Assembly: GCA_963821525.1 (NCBI GenBank)
Contig: CAWGED010000004.1
Coordinates: forward strand, 256,001-320,000
Source: an uncultured Gemmatimonadales bacterium
Lineage (GTDB): Bacteria > Gemmatimonadota > Gemmatimonadetes > Gemmatimonadales > GWC2-71-9
Length of the DNA: 64,000 nucleotides
Direction of reading: 5' to 3'
Shown one piece after another: positions 31,620-44,026 of the stretch; position 1 is the stretch's first letter; every line of letters starts with the position of its first letter. The notes under the pieces were generated by a model. That model saw only the letters and a program-made list of their open reading frames with translations. It did no database searches and was not told the DNA's origin. Both the position numbers and the translations under genes were made by a program.

Positions 31620-33076
31620 ATGTGGCATCCGGATCCAACTATCAAGCATGATATTCCGGGCGCACGCTGGCCTGGTGAATCCGAGGCGGCGGGCTCCCGC
31701 TGGTTCAGCCCGGTACGCATTGGGGCTCTCACGCTGGAGCAGCGTACCTGGGTGCCCGCCATGGTGCCGTGGCGCGCCACCGAAGAGGGCGACGTCACCC
31801 CGGAGGTGTTGGCCTGGTATGAGCGCTTCGCCCGAGGCCGGCCGGGAGCCATCGTCGTCGAGGCGACCGGAGTCAGGGAAATTCGAAGCGGCCCGCTGCT
31901 CCGGATAGGTCACGACCGATTCATTCCCGGCCTCGCCAAACTGGTCGAGACGGTGCGGCAGGCGAGCGGTGGCCACACCCGATTGTTCATCCAGATCATC
32001 GATTTCCTGAAGATCCGCCGGCGTCCGGAGCCCGCAGCGCTACCTGGGCGAATTTCTGGCCCTCACCGACCGTCACCGCGCCTTGGTACCCGGCACCGAC
32101 CGTGAAATCCGCTCGGCCCTCATCGCGATGTCGGAAACCGAGCCTGCGTGACATACTCACACCCCGTGAGTTCGACGCGCTCATGTACGGCGAGCGCGAG
32201 CTGGTAACTGATCTTGACCTTCCCCATATCAGAGATCTCCCGCAGGTACTCCCCGAGGTCTTTGCCGCCGCCGCGCGCCGGGCCGAGCGGGCCGGATTCG
32301 ACGGCGTTGAGCTGCACTACGCCCATGCCTACACCCTCGCCTCATTTCTCTCGGCACTTAACGACCGCGACGACGGTTATGGTGGTGCGCGAGCGAACCG
32401 GGTGCGGCTTCCGATCGAGGTCTATCAGGCGGTGCGCGGTGCGGTCACCAGCCGTTTCGTGGTCGGCTGCCGGTTTCTGACGGAAGAGTGCATTCCCGGC
32501 GGCAACTCGGCGGAAGATTCGGCATGGTTCGGAGCGGAATTCGCCCGGGCCGGGATGGACTACCTTTCGCTCTCACGGGGTGGAAAGTTCGAGGATGCGA
32601 AACAGCCCCGAATCGGCTGGGCGCGCTACCCCTACACCGGACTCAGTGGCTACGAATGCATGCCCACGGTGCGGTCCGATGCAGCGGGACCCTTCGGGCG
32701 TAACGTCGCGGCCACCGCACTGGTACGGCAGGCGGTACGTGCGGCAGGCCTCGGCACTCCCGTGGTTCTGTGCGGGGGGATTTCCACCTTCGAGCAAGCC
32801 GAAGCGATTCTCCTCCGGGGTGATGCCGACATCGTGGCCTCGGCCCGGCAATCGCTGGCGGATCCCGATTGGTTCCGGAAGGTCCGGTTGGGGCAGGGGA
32901 CGCTGGTCCGGCGATGCGTGTTCACCAACTACTGCGAGGGACTGGATCAGGTGCACAAGCCGGTGACCTGCAAACTCTGGGATCACAAGGGACTCGATGA
33001 AGCCGGTCTGGCGCTCACCGCCGACGGCCGTCGCCGTCTGGTGGCGCCTCCGTGGGAACCGGGAGATCCGGCGTGA
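31620..33076 (+). CDS. NADH:flavin oxidoreductase (Old Yellow Enzyme family) (frameshifts at about 32035 and 32130)
   Basis: PAMVPWRA, IVVEATG, AGFDGVELHYAHAY, NDRDDGYGG..ANRVR, ARQSLADPDW, C-terminal Cys cluster. Confidence 0.88.
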
Positions 33077-35329
33077 AGGTTCACATCGTCGGTGGCGGAC
33101 CGGCGGGTCTCTACCTCGGCATCCTGATGAAGCGGGCCGACCCGAGCCACGAGGTGCTCGTCGTCGAGCGGAACCGAGTCGATGACACCTTCGGTTTCGG
33201 CGTGGTTTTTTCGGAGGCTACCCAGGAGAATCTGGCCCAGGCCGATCCCGAGACGGCTGGGGAAATGACCCGCTCCCTGGCCCGGTGGGACGACATCGAC
33301 ATCCACTATCGCGGTTCGGTCATCACCTCAACCGGGCATGGCTTCGCGGGAATCGAACGACGAGCCCTGCTCGGACATCCTGGCTCGCCGAGCCCGTGAG
33401 CTGGAGGTGGATCTCCGCTTCGGCGTCGGAGATGACCGATCCCGCCGCGCTCGGCTCGGCGGATGTGGTCGTCGCCGCGGACGGCATGAGCAGCATCCTG
33501 CGGGACAGGTACGCCGCGCAGTTCGCTCCTCGCCTCGAGTGGCGGGCCAATCGGTTCGTCTGGCTCGGTACCACCCGGCCCTTTCCGGCCTTCACGTTCT
33601 TCTTCAAGCATTCGCCGCACGGGCTCTGGCGGATTCACGCCTACCAGTATGCTCCCGGCAGCTCCACGTTCATCGTCGAGACTACCGATGCCGCCTGGCG
33701 CGCGACCGGCCTCGCGGAGAGCGACGAAGACGCCACCCTGGCCTTCTGTGAGGCACTCTTCGCGGAGGAGCTGCAGGGGCACCGTCTGCTCAAGAACCGC
33801 TCGCTGTGGCGCCGGTTTCCCACCGTCCGAAATGCGCGGTGGCACGCGGAGAACGTTGTGCTCCTGGGGGACGCCGCGCATACCGCGCACTTTTCAGTCG
33901 GCTCCGGAACCAAGCTCGCCATGGAGGACGCGATCGCGTTGGCGGGGGCGTTGCACCGGCACCGGGGCGTACCTGAGGCCCTCGCCGCTTATGAGGCTGA
34001 GCGGCGCCCCGCCGTCGAGAGTCTCCAGCGCGCGGCCCAGGTGAGCCTGCAATGGTTCGAGGACACCGAGCGCTACATGGACCTGGAGCCGATCCAGTTC
34101 GCCTTCAATCTCCTGACCCGAAGCCTGCGGATTACCCACGACAATCTCAGGGTACGAGATCCCGCCTTCGTGGCTAAGGTGGACCGCTGGTTCGCACAGG
34201 GCGCAGAGCAGCAGAGTGGCCAGCCGGTGCCGCTCGACCCGCCACCGCCACCCCTGTTCACCCCGTTCCGCCTGCGCGACCTCGTCCTGCCCAATCGCGT
34301 CGTGGTCTCGCCGATGTCCATGTACAGCGCGGCCGACGGGATGCCGAACGACTGGCACCTGGTGCATATCGGCAGCCGTGCCATCGGGGGCGCCGGACTG
34401 GTGATGACGGAGATGACCGACGTGAGTCCCGAGGGCCGGATTACACCAGGGTGCGCCGGCCTGTATTCCCCGGCGCATGTAGCGGCCTGGAAGCGGATCG
34501 TGGAGTTCGTCCATACCCACAGCGAAGCGAAGATCGGCATGCAACTGGGCCACGCGGGCCGGAAGGCTTCAACCCGCCTGGCATGGGAGGGGATGGACGA
34601 ACCGCTTGAGGCGGGCAATTGGCCGATCATGGCACCTTCGCCGTTGCCCTATCATCCCTACGGCCAGGTGCCGAGGGAGATGAACCGGGCCGACATGGAT
34701 CGGGTCAGAGACGCAGTTTGTCCGCGCCACCGAGGGCGCCGAAGCCGCCGGGTTTGACCTGCTTGAACTGCACTTCGCCCACGGCTATCTGCTCGCCAGC
34801 TTCATCTCCCCGCTCACCAACCGGCGGACCGATGAGTACGGCGCCGGTTTGCCGGGCCGCATGCGGTTTCCGCTCGAGGTGGTGGAGGCGGTCCGCGCGC
34901 GCGTGGCCGGCCCATAAGCCGCTCTCGGTCCGAATCAGCGCGGTAGATTGGGCACCGGGTGGACTGGAGCCCGACGCCGCGGTTGAGGTGGCTCGACTGC
35001 TCGCCGCGCACGGGGCCGATGTGGTGGATGTCTCGGCCGGACAGACCGTACCCGACGCCAAACCGGTCTACGGCCGCCAGTTCCAGACGCCGTTCAGCGA
35101 CCGGATTCGCCACGAGGCGGGCATCGCGACGATGGCGGTGGGAAACATCTCCTCCTACGCCGACGTGAATACCATCCTGGCCGCGGGGCGGGCAGATCTG
35201 GTCGTGCTGGCCCGGGCTCATCTGTGGGATCCATATTGGACCCGCCACGCCGCTTCCGAGCTGGAGTACCCGGTTCGCTGGCCCAAGCAATACGAATCGT
35301 TGGATCGCTATGCGCCGCGATTGAAGTAG
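33073..35329 (+). CDS. abmA: Bifunctional 2-aminobenzoyl-CoA monooxygenase/reductase (salicylyl-CoA 5-hydroxylase family); about four frameshifts
   Basis: [53 protein letters not shown], fused to an OYE domain ([30 protein letters not shown]). Confidence 0.92.
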
Positions 35330-35350
35330 TCCCCCGAAGACCGAGCCGGT

Positions 35351-36130
35351 ATGCCTACCTATTCCGAATACCTCAAGCTCGAAGAGCTTCTGGCGCTGCA
35401 GCGCCCGCTTTCGCGCGGCCCCGAACATGACGAGATGCTCTTCATCGTCATCCATCAGGTCTACGAGCTCTGGTTCAAGGAGATACTGCACGAGATCTCG
35501 TACCTCGAGCAGCAGCTCGACCGGCACGACGCCGCCAGGGCGCAACACACCCTCAAGCGGATCCTGACGATCCTCAAGGTCCTGGTGGCCCAGCTGGACA
35601 TCCTGGAAACGATGACCCCGCTCGAGTTCCTCTCATTCCGGGACCGCCTCGACTCCGGCAGCGGATTCCAGTCATACCAGTTCCGCGAGCTCGAGTTCGC
35701 GCTGGGCCGCAAGGATCCGCGGGCCCTGGAACGCTACCCTTCCGGTTCCGGCGCGCGACTCGCACTCGAGCGGCGCTTGGGATCTCCTACCCTTTGGGAT
35801 GCGTTCCTCCGTTTCCTCGCCGCGAGCGGGGCCGCGGTTCCAGTCTCACTTCTGAAGCGCGACGTGAGCGGGCCGATCGAGCCTTCTCCCGACCTGCAAG
35901 CCATCCTGATCGAGATCTATCGCAATAACCCGGCTTTGACCGAGCTCTGCGAGCGTCTCGTCGATCTGGACGAAGGCGTGATGGAATGGCGATACCGCCA
36001 TGTGAAAATGGTGCAGCGCACTATCGGCACTCGGCGCGGCACCGGCGGGAGCGCCGGCGCGGAGTACCTGGCCACCACGCTCAACCAGCCGCTCTTCCCC
36101 GATCTCTGGGCCATTCGGACCGAGTTGTGA
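35351..36130 (+). CDS. kynA: Tryptophan 2,3-dioxygenase
   Basis: YSEYLKLEELL, HDEMLFIVIHQVYELWFK, SGFQSYQFRELEF, WRYRHVKMVQRTIG..GTGGS. Confidence 0.97.
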   Translation: MPTYSEYLKLEELLALQRPLSRGPEHDEMLFIVIHQVYELWFKEILHEISYLEQQLDRHDAARAQHTLKRILTILKVLVAQLDILETMTPLEFLSFRDRLDSGSGFQSYQFRELEFALGRKDPRALERYPSGSGARLALERRLGSPTLWDAFLRFLAASGAAVPVSLLKRDVSGPIEPSPDLQAILIEIYRNNPALTELCERLVDLDEGVMEWRYRHVKMVQRTIGTRRGTGGSAGAEYLATTLNQPLFPDLWAIRTEL

Positions 36131-37328
36131 ATCCGGCTTCGCTGTACGCCTCACCCAATGCCCTCGCAGACCACTACCGCCGCTTCGGCGTGGCGGAACG
36201 GCTGCTGCTGACCGGGCACTCGCATCAGGCCTGGCCCGATCGCGGCTTCGACGCCCAAGCCCAGGCCTGGCTGGATGCCGCGCGGTTCGTGGACGACAAA
36301 TGGGAGCATGCCTTCGCCCGGGCCGAACGAGTCCGCCTCGGCTTCCGTCGGCTGCTGGATGACCGGGACGGCCACATCGCGCTGGCTCCCAATACTCACG
36401 AGCTGGTGGTCCGCTTCCTGTCCGCGCTTCCCCTGCGCGAGCGCCCGCGCCTGGTAACCACCGACGGCGAATTTCACACGATCCGCCGTCAGCTCGATCG
36501 CCTGGCCGAGGAAGGCATCGAGTTGGTCCGGGTGCCGGAGGCTCCGCTCGGAGGATTGGTGGAGCGACTGCGCCGCGCGGTGGATGACAGAACCGCTGCG
36601 GTGCTCGTCTCCGCGGTGTTCTTCGACAGCGGTCGCATTGCGCCCAGCCTTGCCGATGTCGCCGAGCAGTGCCGGCGGCATGGGGTATCGCTGCTGGTTG
36701 ATGTGTATCACGCGCTCAACGTGGTGCCATTCTCACTGCTGAAGGAAGGGCTGCTCGACGCGTTCGTGGTCGGTGGCGGTTACAAGTACTGCCAGCTGGG
36801 TGAGGGAAACTGTTTTCTCCGATTCCCCGCCGCCTCGACGCTGCGACCGGTGATTACCGGCTGGTTCAGCGAGTTCTCCGCGTTGACCGAAAAGCAGCGA
36901 GCGGGGCAGGTGCCCTATGGAGAGGGGGGAGATCGTTTCGCAGGCGCGACCTACGACCCGGCAAGTCACTACCGGGCGGCGGCGGTCTTCGACTTTCACG
37001 AGGAGGTAGGACTCACACCGGAATTGTTGCGGGAAGTGAGCCAGCACCAGATCGGTGTGCTGGCCCGAAGCTTCGATGCCCTCGATGCTGACCCCGCGGT
37101 GATCCGTCGCGATCAGACTGTGCCGCTGGACCAGATCGGGGGCTTTCTCGCCCTTGAAGCTCCAGCGGCGGGCGTCCTCGCCGCCGCGTTACATCGTGAG
37201 GGGGTGTTCACCGACTACCGGGGCAACATGCTCCGGCTCGGGCCTGCCCCGTACCTGTCCGACCGTCAGCTCACCGATGCGGTGACCATCCTCGGAAAAA
37301 CGGCACGGGGCGCCCTGCCGGCTATCTC

Positions 37329-37332
<4 letters not shown>
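36127..37332 (+). CDS. kynU: Kynureninase (PLP fold-type I, class V)
   Basis: LTGHSH, DVYH, GGGYKY (PLP Lys), [15 protein letters not shown]; translationally coupled to kynA (GTGA overlap). Confidence 0.85.
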
Positions 37333-38846
<1,514 letters not shown>

Positions 38847-38854
38847 TGGGTCCT

Positions 38855-38967
38855 GTCTTGGGTCTAAGGTCTTGAGTCTAAGGTCTAGAATCCAAATCGC
38901 TCGGACGTCTCATGTCGCATCTCACGTCTCACGTCTCACGTCTCACGTCTCACGTCTCACGTCTCAC
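38855..38967. repeat. Heptamer arrays (GTCTAAG-type)5 and (ACGTCTC)6
   Basis: Five degenerate units at 38855-38889; six perfect ACGTCTC copies at 38924-38965 that encode the sahR C-terminus and stop. Confidence 0.92.
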
Positions 38968-39903
38968 AGCCGCCGCCACAAACAATCCCGGTCCTTTGGC
39001 CTTCGGATCAGACGGAATCGGTGCATAGCGGCACGACTCGAACCCTGCTTCCTCCATCCAGGGAACGATCTGCTTCGCCGCGAAGCCTTGCCACAGGTGC
39101 CCCATCGTCTGGCGGTACTCAGCGTGATCGTGGGGCTGCATGTCTACCACGATAAGCCGCCCGCCCGGACGAATGACTCGCGCGGCTTCCGCGAAGACCG
39201 CGATCGGCTCCGCCACGTAGGGGAGCACCAGCGCCAGCACCGCGAGATCCAGCTCGCCGTCCTGAATCGGCAATGCCTCGAGCTCGCCGCGCCGCAACTC
39301 TACGTTGGGCAGGTCCGCCACTCGGGCCTTGGCCGCTTTGAGCATCGCCGGCGACCCGTCCACCGCGATCACTCGGGAGACGAAAGGGGCTAGCGTCTGG
39401 CTGAGCTGGCCGGTTCCTGCGCCCAAGTCTCCCACGAGCCACGTCGGATCCAGCAGGCCGAGGGGCGCCAGCAACTCGGTGCGGCTGCCAAAGAGCTCTT
39501 CCCGCATCCGGTCCCACTGGCCCGCTGCGCTGGCGAAGAACTCATCCGATTGGATTCGCCGCTGCGCCAGCACCCTCCGAAGGCGATCCCCATCGCGCAG
39601 CGCAGCCGGTGTAACCGCGACCTGCTCCTTCACCAACTGCCACAACCGCCGGGCTGCAGGATCCAGATCCTGCCCCGGCATCCGGTAGTACCGGCTGGCC
39701 CCGTCCGCCCTGGAAACCACCCACCCTTCGTCGCTCAGGGTCTTCAGATGGCGGCTGACGGTGGACTGGGGCATTTGAAGGGCGCCGCACAGGTCCGTTA
39801 CCGAGAGCTCGTGGCGCTCCAGTACCAGCAACAGCCGGCACCGGGTGGCGTCGGCCAGCGACTGCAAGCGATCGAGAATCGGTGTACCCACGCCAGGCCT
39901 CAT
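38950..39903 (-). CDS. sahR: ArsR-HTH plus SAM-binding methyltransferase-fold regulator (SahR family)
   Basis: LADATRCRLL...ELSV..L...PQSTVSRHLK; DLGAGTG SAM motif; directly upstream of ahcY. Confidence 0.88.
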   Translation of the reverse strand: MRPGVGTPILDRLQSLADATRCRLLLVLERHELSVTDLCGALQMPQSTVSRHLKTLSDEGWVVSRADGASRYYRMPGQDLDPAARRLWQLVKEQVAVTPAALRDGDRLRRVLAQRRIQSDEFFASAAGQWDRMREELFGSRTELLAPLGLLDPTWLVGDLGAGTGQLSQTLAPFVSRVIAVDGSPAMLKAAKARVADLPNVELRRGELEALPIQDGELDLAVLALVLPYVAEPIAVFAEAARVIRPGGRLIVVDMQPHDHAEYRQTMGHLWQGFAAKQIVPWMEEAGFESCRYAPIPSDPKAKGPGLFVAAAVRRET

Positions 39904-39921
39904 ATCCTAGTATCCGGATAA
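39902..39921. promoter_or_regulatory. Candidate SahR operator
   Basis: TATCC-N8-GGATA palindrome (ATC-N10-GAT) overlapping the sahR start codon. Confidence 0.6.
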
Positions 39922-39928
39922 TCAAATA

Positions 39929-40462
39929 TTAAGGCCGGGAATCGTCAAGAGGCAGGGGGGAGTGGCGGGTTATGAGGCAGGTGGTCGTTCCGTGGGCGTA
40001 CAGCCGGCCTTCCCGGTCGGTGACGCGACCCTCCGCCGTCGCGACCCGGCCGCCAGCGTGAACCACCTTCCCTTCGGCTTCTACCGGGCCGGCGGCTGTG
40101 GTGAGGGGCCTGACCAGATTCACCTTCAATTCAAGCGTGTTGTAGCCGTCGCCCGAGGCCAGCAAGGTGGCGACGGCGCAGCCCATCGCTGCGTCGAGGA
40201 GTGCTGTAATCAGCCCACCCTGCACTACCCCGACCGGGTTGTAGAGATGCTCTCCAGGCTCGAGAACCATCACCACCCGGCCGCGTTCGGCGACTTGAGG
40301 GCGCATCCCCAGGAGGGCGCTCGACGGAGGCGCCGGAATGTCTCCGCGAATGATGGCTTGGATGAACTCAAGGCCACTCAAAGACCGGCCAAGCTCCAGG
40401 GCGGCCAGCGGATCGTACCAGGTGACGGTGCGATTCCGCGGTGGTAGTCCGTGGTCAGTCAT
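39929..40462 (-). CDS. PaaI-family hotdog thioesterase
   Basis: NPVGVVQGG...LLDAAMGCA, TLELKVNLVRP, YAHGTTTC. Confidence 0.92.
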   Translation of the reverse strand: MTDHGLPPRNRTVTWYDPLAALELGRSLSGLEFIQAIIRGDIPAPPSSALLGMRPQVAERGRVVMVLEPGEHLYNPVGVVQGGLITALLDAAMGCAVATLLASGDGYNTLELKVNLVRPLTTAAGPVEAEGKVVHAGGRVATAEGRVTDREGRLYAHGTTTCLITRHSPLPLDDSRP

Positions 40463-40947
40463 GGACGCTTCATGGAGTCCTGCCGGGTCGCTGCCGGAGC
40501 GCCGCGGATGAACGCGATGTAGTCGGTCGGGTTGGGTTCCTGTCCCGAGATTCGGAGCGCCCGCGCGATCTGCCCGCGATGATAGGCTCCGTGCAGGAAA
40601 ATCTGAAGCAGGATGTCGTCCGCTCTGGAAGTGAACTGCTTCCCCGCGCTGTTCACGTAAGTGACTTCCTCGCCCATGTCCTGCTCATCCGTCGTGCCGA
40701 CATAGTCGGTAAGCTCCCGCCGATTCCGTTCGGCAAGGCGAGCGCACTCGGCCTTGCTCAGCGTCGGCCAGGTCGGCAACTCGGCAGGCCTTCTCAGAAG
40801 CCGGGAAATCCAGACATGCTCTGCGGCAAGGATATGCGCCAGCAGCTGGAGACTGTCGGGGTTCGGTTCGGATGAGCGTTCGAGTGACTCGAGTACCAGT
40901 TGGTCGGCCCAGGCCAGGTGGGCAATCAGGCGTGCCATCGATGTCAT
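40459..40947 (-). CDS. DinB family protein
   Basis: WAD, HILAAEHVW, HGAYHRGQ. Confidence 0.9.
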   Translation of the reverse strand: MTSMARLIAHLAWADQLVLESLERSSEPNPDSLQLLAHILAAEHVWISRLLRRPAELPTWPTLSKAECARLAERNRRELTDYVGTTDEQDMGEEVTYVNSAGKQFTSRADDILLQIFLHGAYHRGQIARALRISGQEPNPTDYIAFIRGAPAATRQDSMKRP

Positions 40948-41405
40948 AGCGATCCCATCGCGTGGAGAATCAGTCCTGCCAGCTTCACCGTCACCCAGAT
41001 ACCGGCACCAAGCAGGACGAGCAGTGCGAGGAAGAGGCCCAGCAACAGGAGCCGGCTTTCCCTCTTTGTGGGAGCCGGGCGATCCAGATACTGCTCCAGG
41101 AGACGATAATTTCGGGTGTTGGACTTGAATCCGAAGTCGAAGAGGTCCCCGAGGAAGGGGACTTCACCGACCAGAGTATCGATGCCGATGTTGAGCATCA
41201 TTCGCATGAGGACCGATCCGGGCGCTCCCGCTCGCCAGCCGACGAGGAGGCCGTAGGCGGCCAGCAGTCCGCCGGCCAGGTCTCCCACACCGGGGATCAG
41301 ACCCATCAAAGGATCGAGGCCGATACGAGTCCCAATGATGGGAACTCGTATGGCCTCGTCCGCGAGTCGAGTGAGCGCGCGGTAGCGCTCCAGGTCCTTC
41401 GCCAC
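40944..41405 (-). CDS. DUF4112 membrane protein
   Basis: RIGLDPLMGLIPGVGD, GDLFDFGFKSNTRN. Confidence 0.9.
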   Translation of the reverse strand: MAKDLERYRALTRLADEAIRVPIIGTRIGLDPLMGLIPGVGDLAGGLLAAYGLLVGWRAGAPGSVLMRMMLNIGIDTLVGEVPFLGDLFDFGFKSNTRNYRLLEQYLDRPAPTKRESRLLLLGLFLALLVLLGAGIWVTVKLAGLILHAMGSL

Positions 41406-41425
41406 TTGTTGGGACCGGCCCGGGA

Positions 41426-41814
41426 TCAGCCTCCCTTGATCGCCGTGATGGCTTTCTTGGCCATCGCCGCTACGTCGTCGTTGCGGTCATCGAGAGCCTC
41501 TTCCAGCGCGGGGAGTGCGGCGCTGGCGGCGGGTCCGATCTCGCGCAGCGCGACGCAGACCGGGAACCGGACCGAGGCTTCCTGTTCATGTGCAGGGCTT
41601 CGATCAGGGCCGGGACGGCGGGTGCTGCGGCGGGCCCGATTCCCGCGATGGAGTACGCGGCCGCGTTGCGAGTCATCGGCGCAGCCGCCTTGAGATCCGC
41701 GATGAGCTCGTGGAGCGGGTGGCCCTGGAAATCGGGCTCCTTCTGGGCGCGTGCCGAACTGACCCAAAAGAGGGGGATCGTCAACAGGAGCAAGGACCGG
41801 CGAAGCATTGCCAA
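41426..41814 (-). CDS. Small secreted HEAT-repeat protein (frameshift at about 41590)
   Basis: Signal peptide; IGPAAAPAVPALIEAL and IGPAASAALPALEEAL repeats. Confidence 0.8.
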
Positions 41815-41868
41815 CCTCCAAAAACTTGAGTCGTCTACCGAGACAAGTATAACCCCGAAAGCCGACGC

Positions 41869-43141
41869 TCAGGCCATGCCCTTTCTGATCGCGTCGAGTA
41901 CCCGGTCGGCGAACAGATCTACCTCGTCAACCGTGGTGTACACGTTCGGCGTGATGCGGAGTCCGTCGAACTCGGGGTGTACGATCGGTGTCGTCACTAT
42001 GTGGTGCTTGTCCAGGAGCCACGCCCCCAGCTTGCCCGGATCCATCCCATCGATGTGCAGCAGCCCGATGCCTCCGGTGTAGGGAGAGTCGAGCTGGGTG
42101 AGCAGTTTCACCCGATCGCTCTCGGACCGGAGCCGGGTGGCCCAGCGGTCCCGCAGATAGCGGAGGCGCGCGATCTTCCGCTCCGCCCCGATCCCGCGAT
42201 GGAACGCCAAGGCAGCCGCGATGGCATTGTGGTTCGCCGCCGGGTGGGTGCCGATCTCCTCGTACTTGCGGATGTTCCCATCCATGGAAGTCGGTGCCGC
42301 CATCAGCGGCCACAGCGCTTTCTGTTTCTCCTGACGGACGTAGAGAAACCCGGTGCCAATCGGAGCCAGCAGCCACTTGTGCAGGCTGGTGCCGTAGTAA
42401 TCGCAGCGCAGGTCGTCGCGCTTGAAGGGGAACTGGCCGAAGGCGTGAGCGCCATCGACGAAGACCTCGATGCCGCGTGACCGGGCAAAGTCCACCAGCT
42501 CCCGTACCGGCATGATCTGTCCGGACAGGTTGGTGATGTGGGTGACCTCGATGACCCGAGTCCTCGCGGTCACCGCCTCCTTGAAGCGATCGACGATGTA
42601 CTGAGGTGAGGGTGGCGGGAGCTTGAAGGAGACCTGCTTCAGGACCACTCCATCGCGCCGGACCCGCTGGTCCCAGCTGGTGAGCATTCGGGGGTAGTTC
42701 TGATTGGTGACGACTATCTCGTCTCCCGGCTTTAGATCGAGACCGAAGATCATGATCTCGTTGGCTTCGGAGGCATTCCGGGTGATGGCCATTTCCTCAG
42801 GGTCGCAGCCGAACTCCCGGGCCAGATCCCGCCGGACGCTTTCGATCCGGGGCTCCAGCGTCTGCCACATGTGGATCACCGGTAGCTCGTTGCTGAACCG
42901 GAGGTCCCGGATCATCTGGTCCAGGACGTGGGTGGGGCAGGGGCTGCATCCCCCATTGTTGAGGTTGACCATCGTGCGGTCGGCGTCGAAGGCGCGCTGG
43001 ATCTCGACCCAGAAGTCCTCGTCGTCCGGCCCGCCGACCCCGGATCGGGGCAGGTCCCACACTCGGCGCAGCGCCTCCGGACGGAAGGTCGGGAGGGCGG
43101 CCACGGCCAGATGCACCGATAAATCCCCGGCGTGATGACAT
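41869..43141 (-). CDS. Class V PLP aminotransferase (isopenicillin-N epimerase/cysteine desulfurase-like), Tat-like leader, frameshift at about 43115
   Basis: NLNNGG, TRNASE, VDGAH, TSLHKWLLAPIGTG; out-of-frame MSSRRGFIG leader. Confidence 0.88.
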
Positions 43142-43236
43142 GGAAGCTCCTACGGGAGAAAGACTTCCCCAATCTAGGCCGACCAGCCCCTACCGCCAGA
43201 GCGGGCCCTCCCTTTATAGTTGTGCGCGATTTAACT

Positions 43237-43312
43237 GGTCAGCGGTGAGCGGTGAGTGGTAAGCGGGACACGGTTCCCCCGGCCCGCTCACTGCTTACCG
43301 CTCACCGCTCAC
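43237..43312. repeat. Inverted heptamer arrays (GGTGAGC)n...(GCTCACC)n in the efp leader
   Basis: Arms at about 43237-43266 and 43283-43312, downstream of TATAGT (43215-43220). Confidence 0.88.
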
Positions 43313-43329
43313 GTTTTCAGGAAGTAGCC

Positions 43330-43892
43330 ATGGGTATCATCGCCAGCGAAATCCGCCGCGGTATGACGCTCCTCTTCGACGGGGAGCCGGTCCGGGTCCT
43401 CGATTTCCATCACCATACCCCCGGCAACCTGCGGGCGATGGTGCAGACCAAGCTGCGGAAGCTTCGCACCGGAACCCAGTTCGAGCATCGCTTCCGGTCA
43501 ACCGATACGGTCGATACCGCCAATCTCGAGACGCATGAGCTGGAGTTCATGTACGCGGGCGGCGACTCTACCACTTCATGAATACAGAGAATTTCGACCA
43601 GCTCGAGATGAATGAAGAGGACTTGGGCGACGCGGCGAAATGGATGACCGGCGGGATGAAGCTGATCGCCGAGTATTTCAACGGTCGGCCGATCGGCATT
43701 CAGCTTCCCAACGCCCTGGTCTATGAAGTGACGGAGACCGCTCCGGTGATGAAGACCGCGACCAAGAACGCCTCGACCAAGCCAGCCATGCTGGAGAACG
43801 GGGTGTCGGTCAACGTTCCCGAATTCGTTCAGACCGGCGAGAAGGTCCGGGTCAACCCCAATACCGGCGAGTATCTCGATCGTGTGAAGTAG
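43330..43892 (+). CDS. efp: Translation elongation factor P (frameshift at about 43565)
   Basis: [58 protein letters not shown]. Confidence 0.95.
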
Positions 43893-44026
43893 TGGGTCCG
43901 CCCTCTACCACGATCTCCCAGCCCCCCATTAGGTTAGGAAGCACGGCACAAGGAGCATGTGCCGGGCCCCGCCCGCCCCGACGTCCCGCTGACCATGGAA
44001 GGTGGTCGCATGATGTCGAGCCTGAT

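Noticed and set aside
38847..38950. SAH or SAM riboswitch upstream of ahcY
   Set aside because: The spacer is occupied by heptamer repeats and no riboswitch consensus was recognised; SahR offers a simpler explanation for regulation.
39929..40462. PaaI thioesterase as part of the abm pathway
   Set aside because: It is on the opposite strand and separated from the cluster by sahR-ahcY, with no sequence evidence for the link.
43555..43580. Programmed frameshifting in efp (also thiC and abmA)
   Set aside because: No slippery sequence at the efp break, and similar breaks occur throughout the window, so sequencing error is the simpler explanation.
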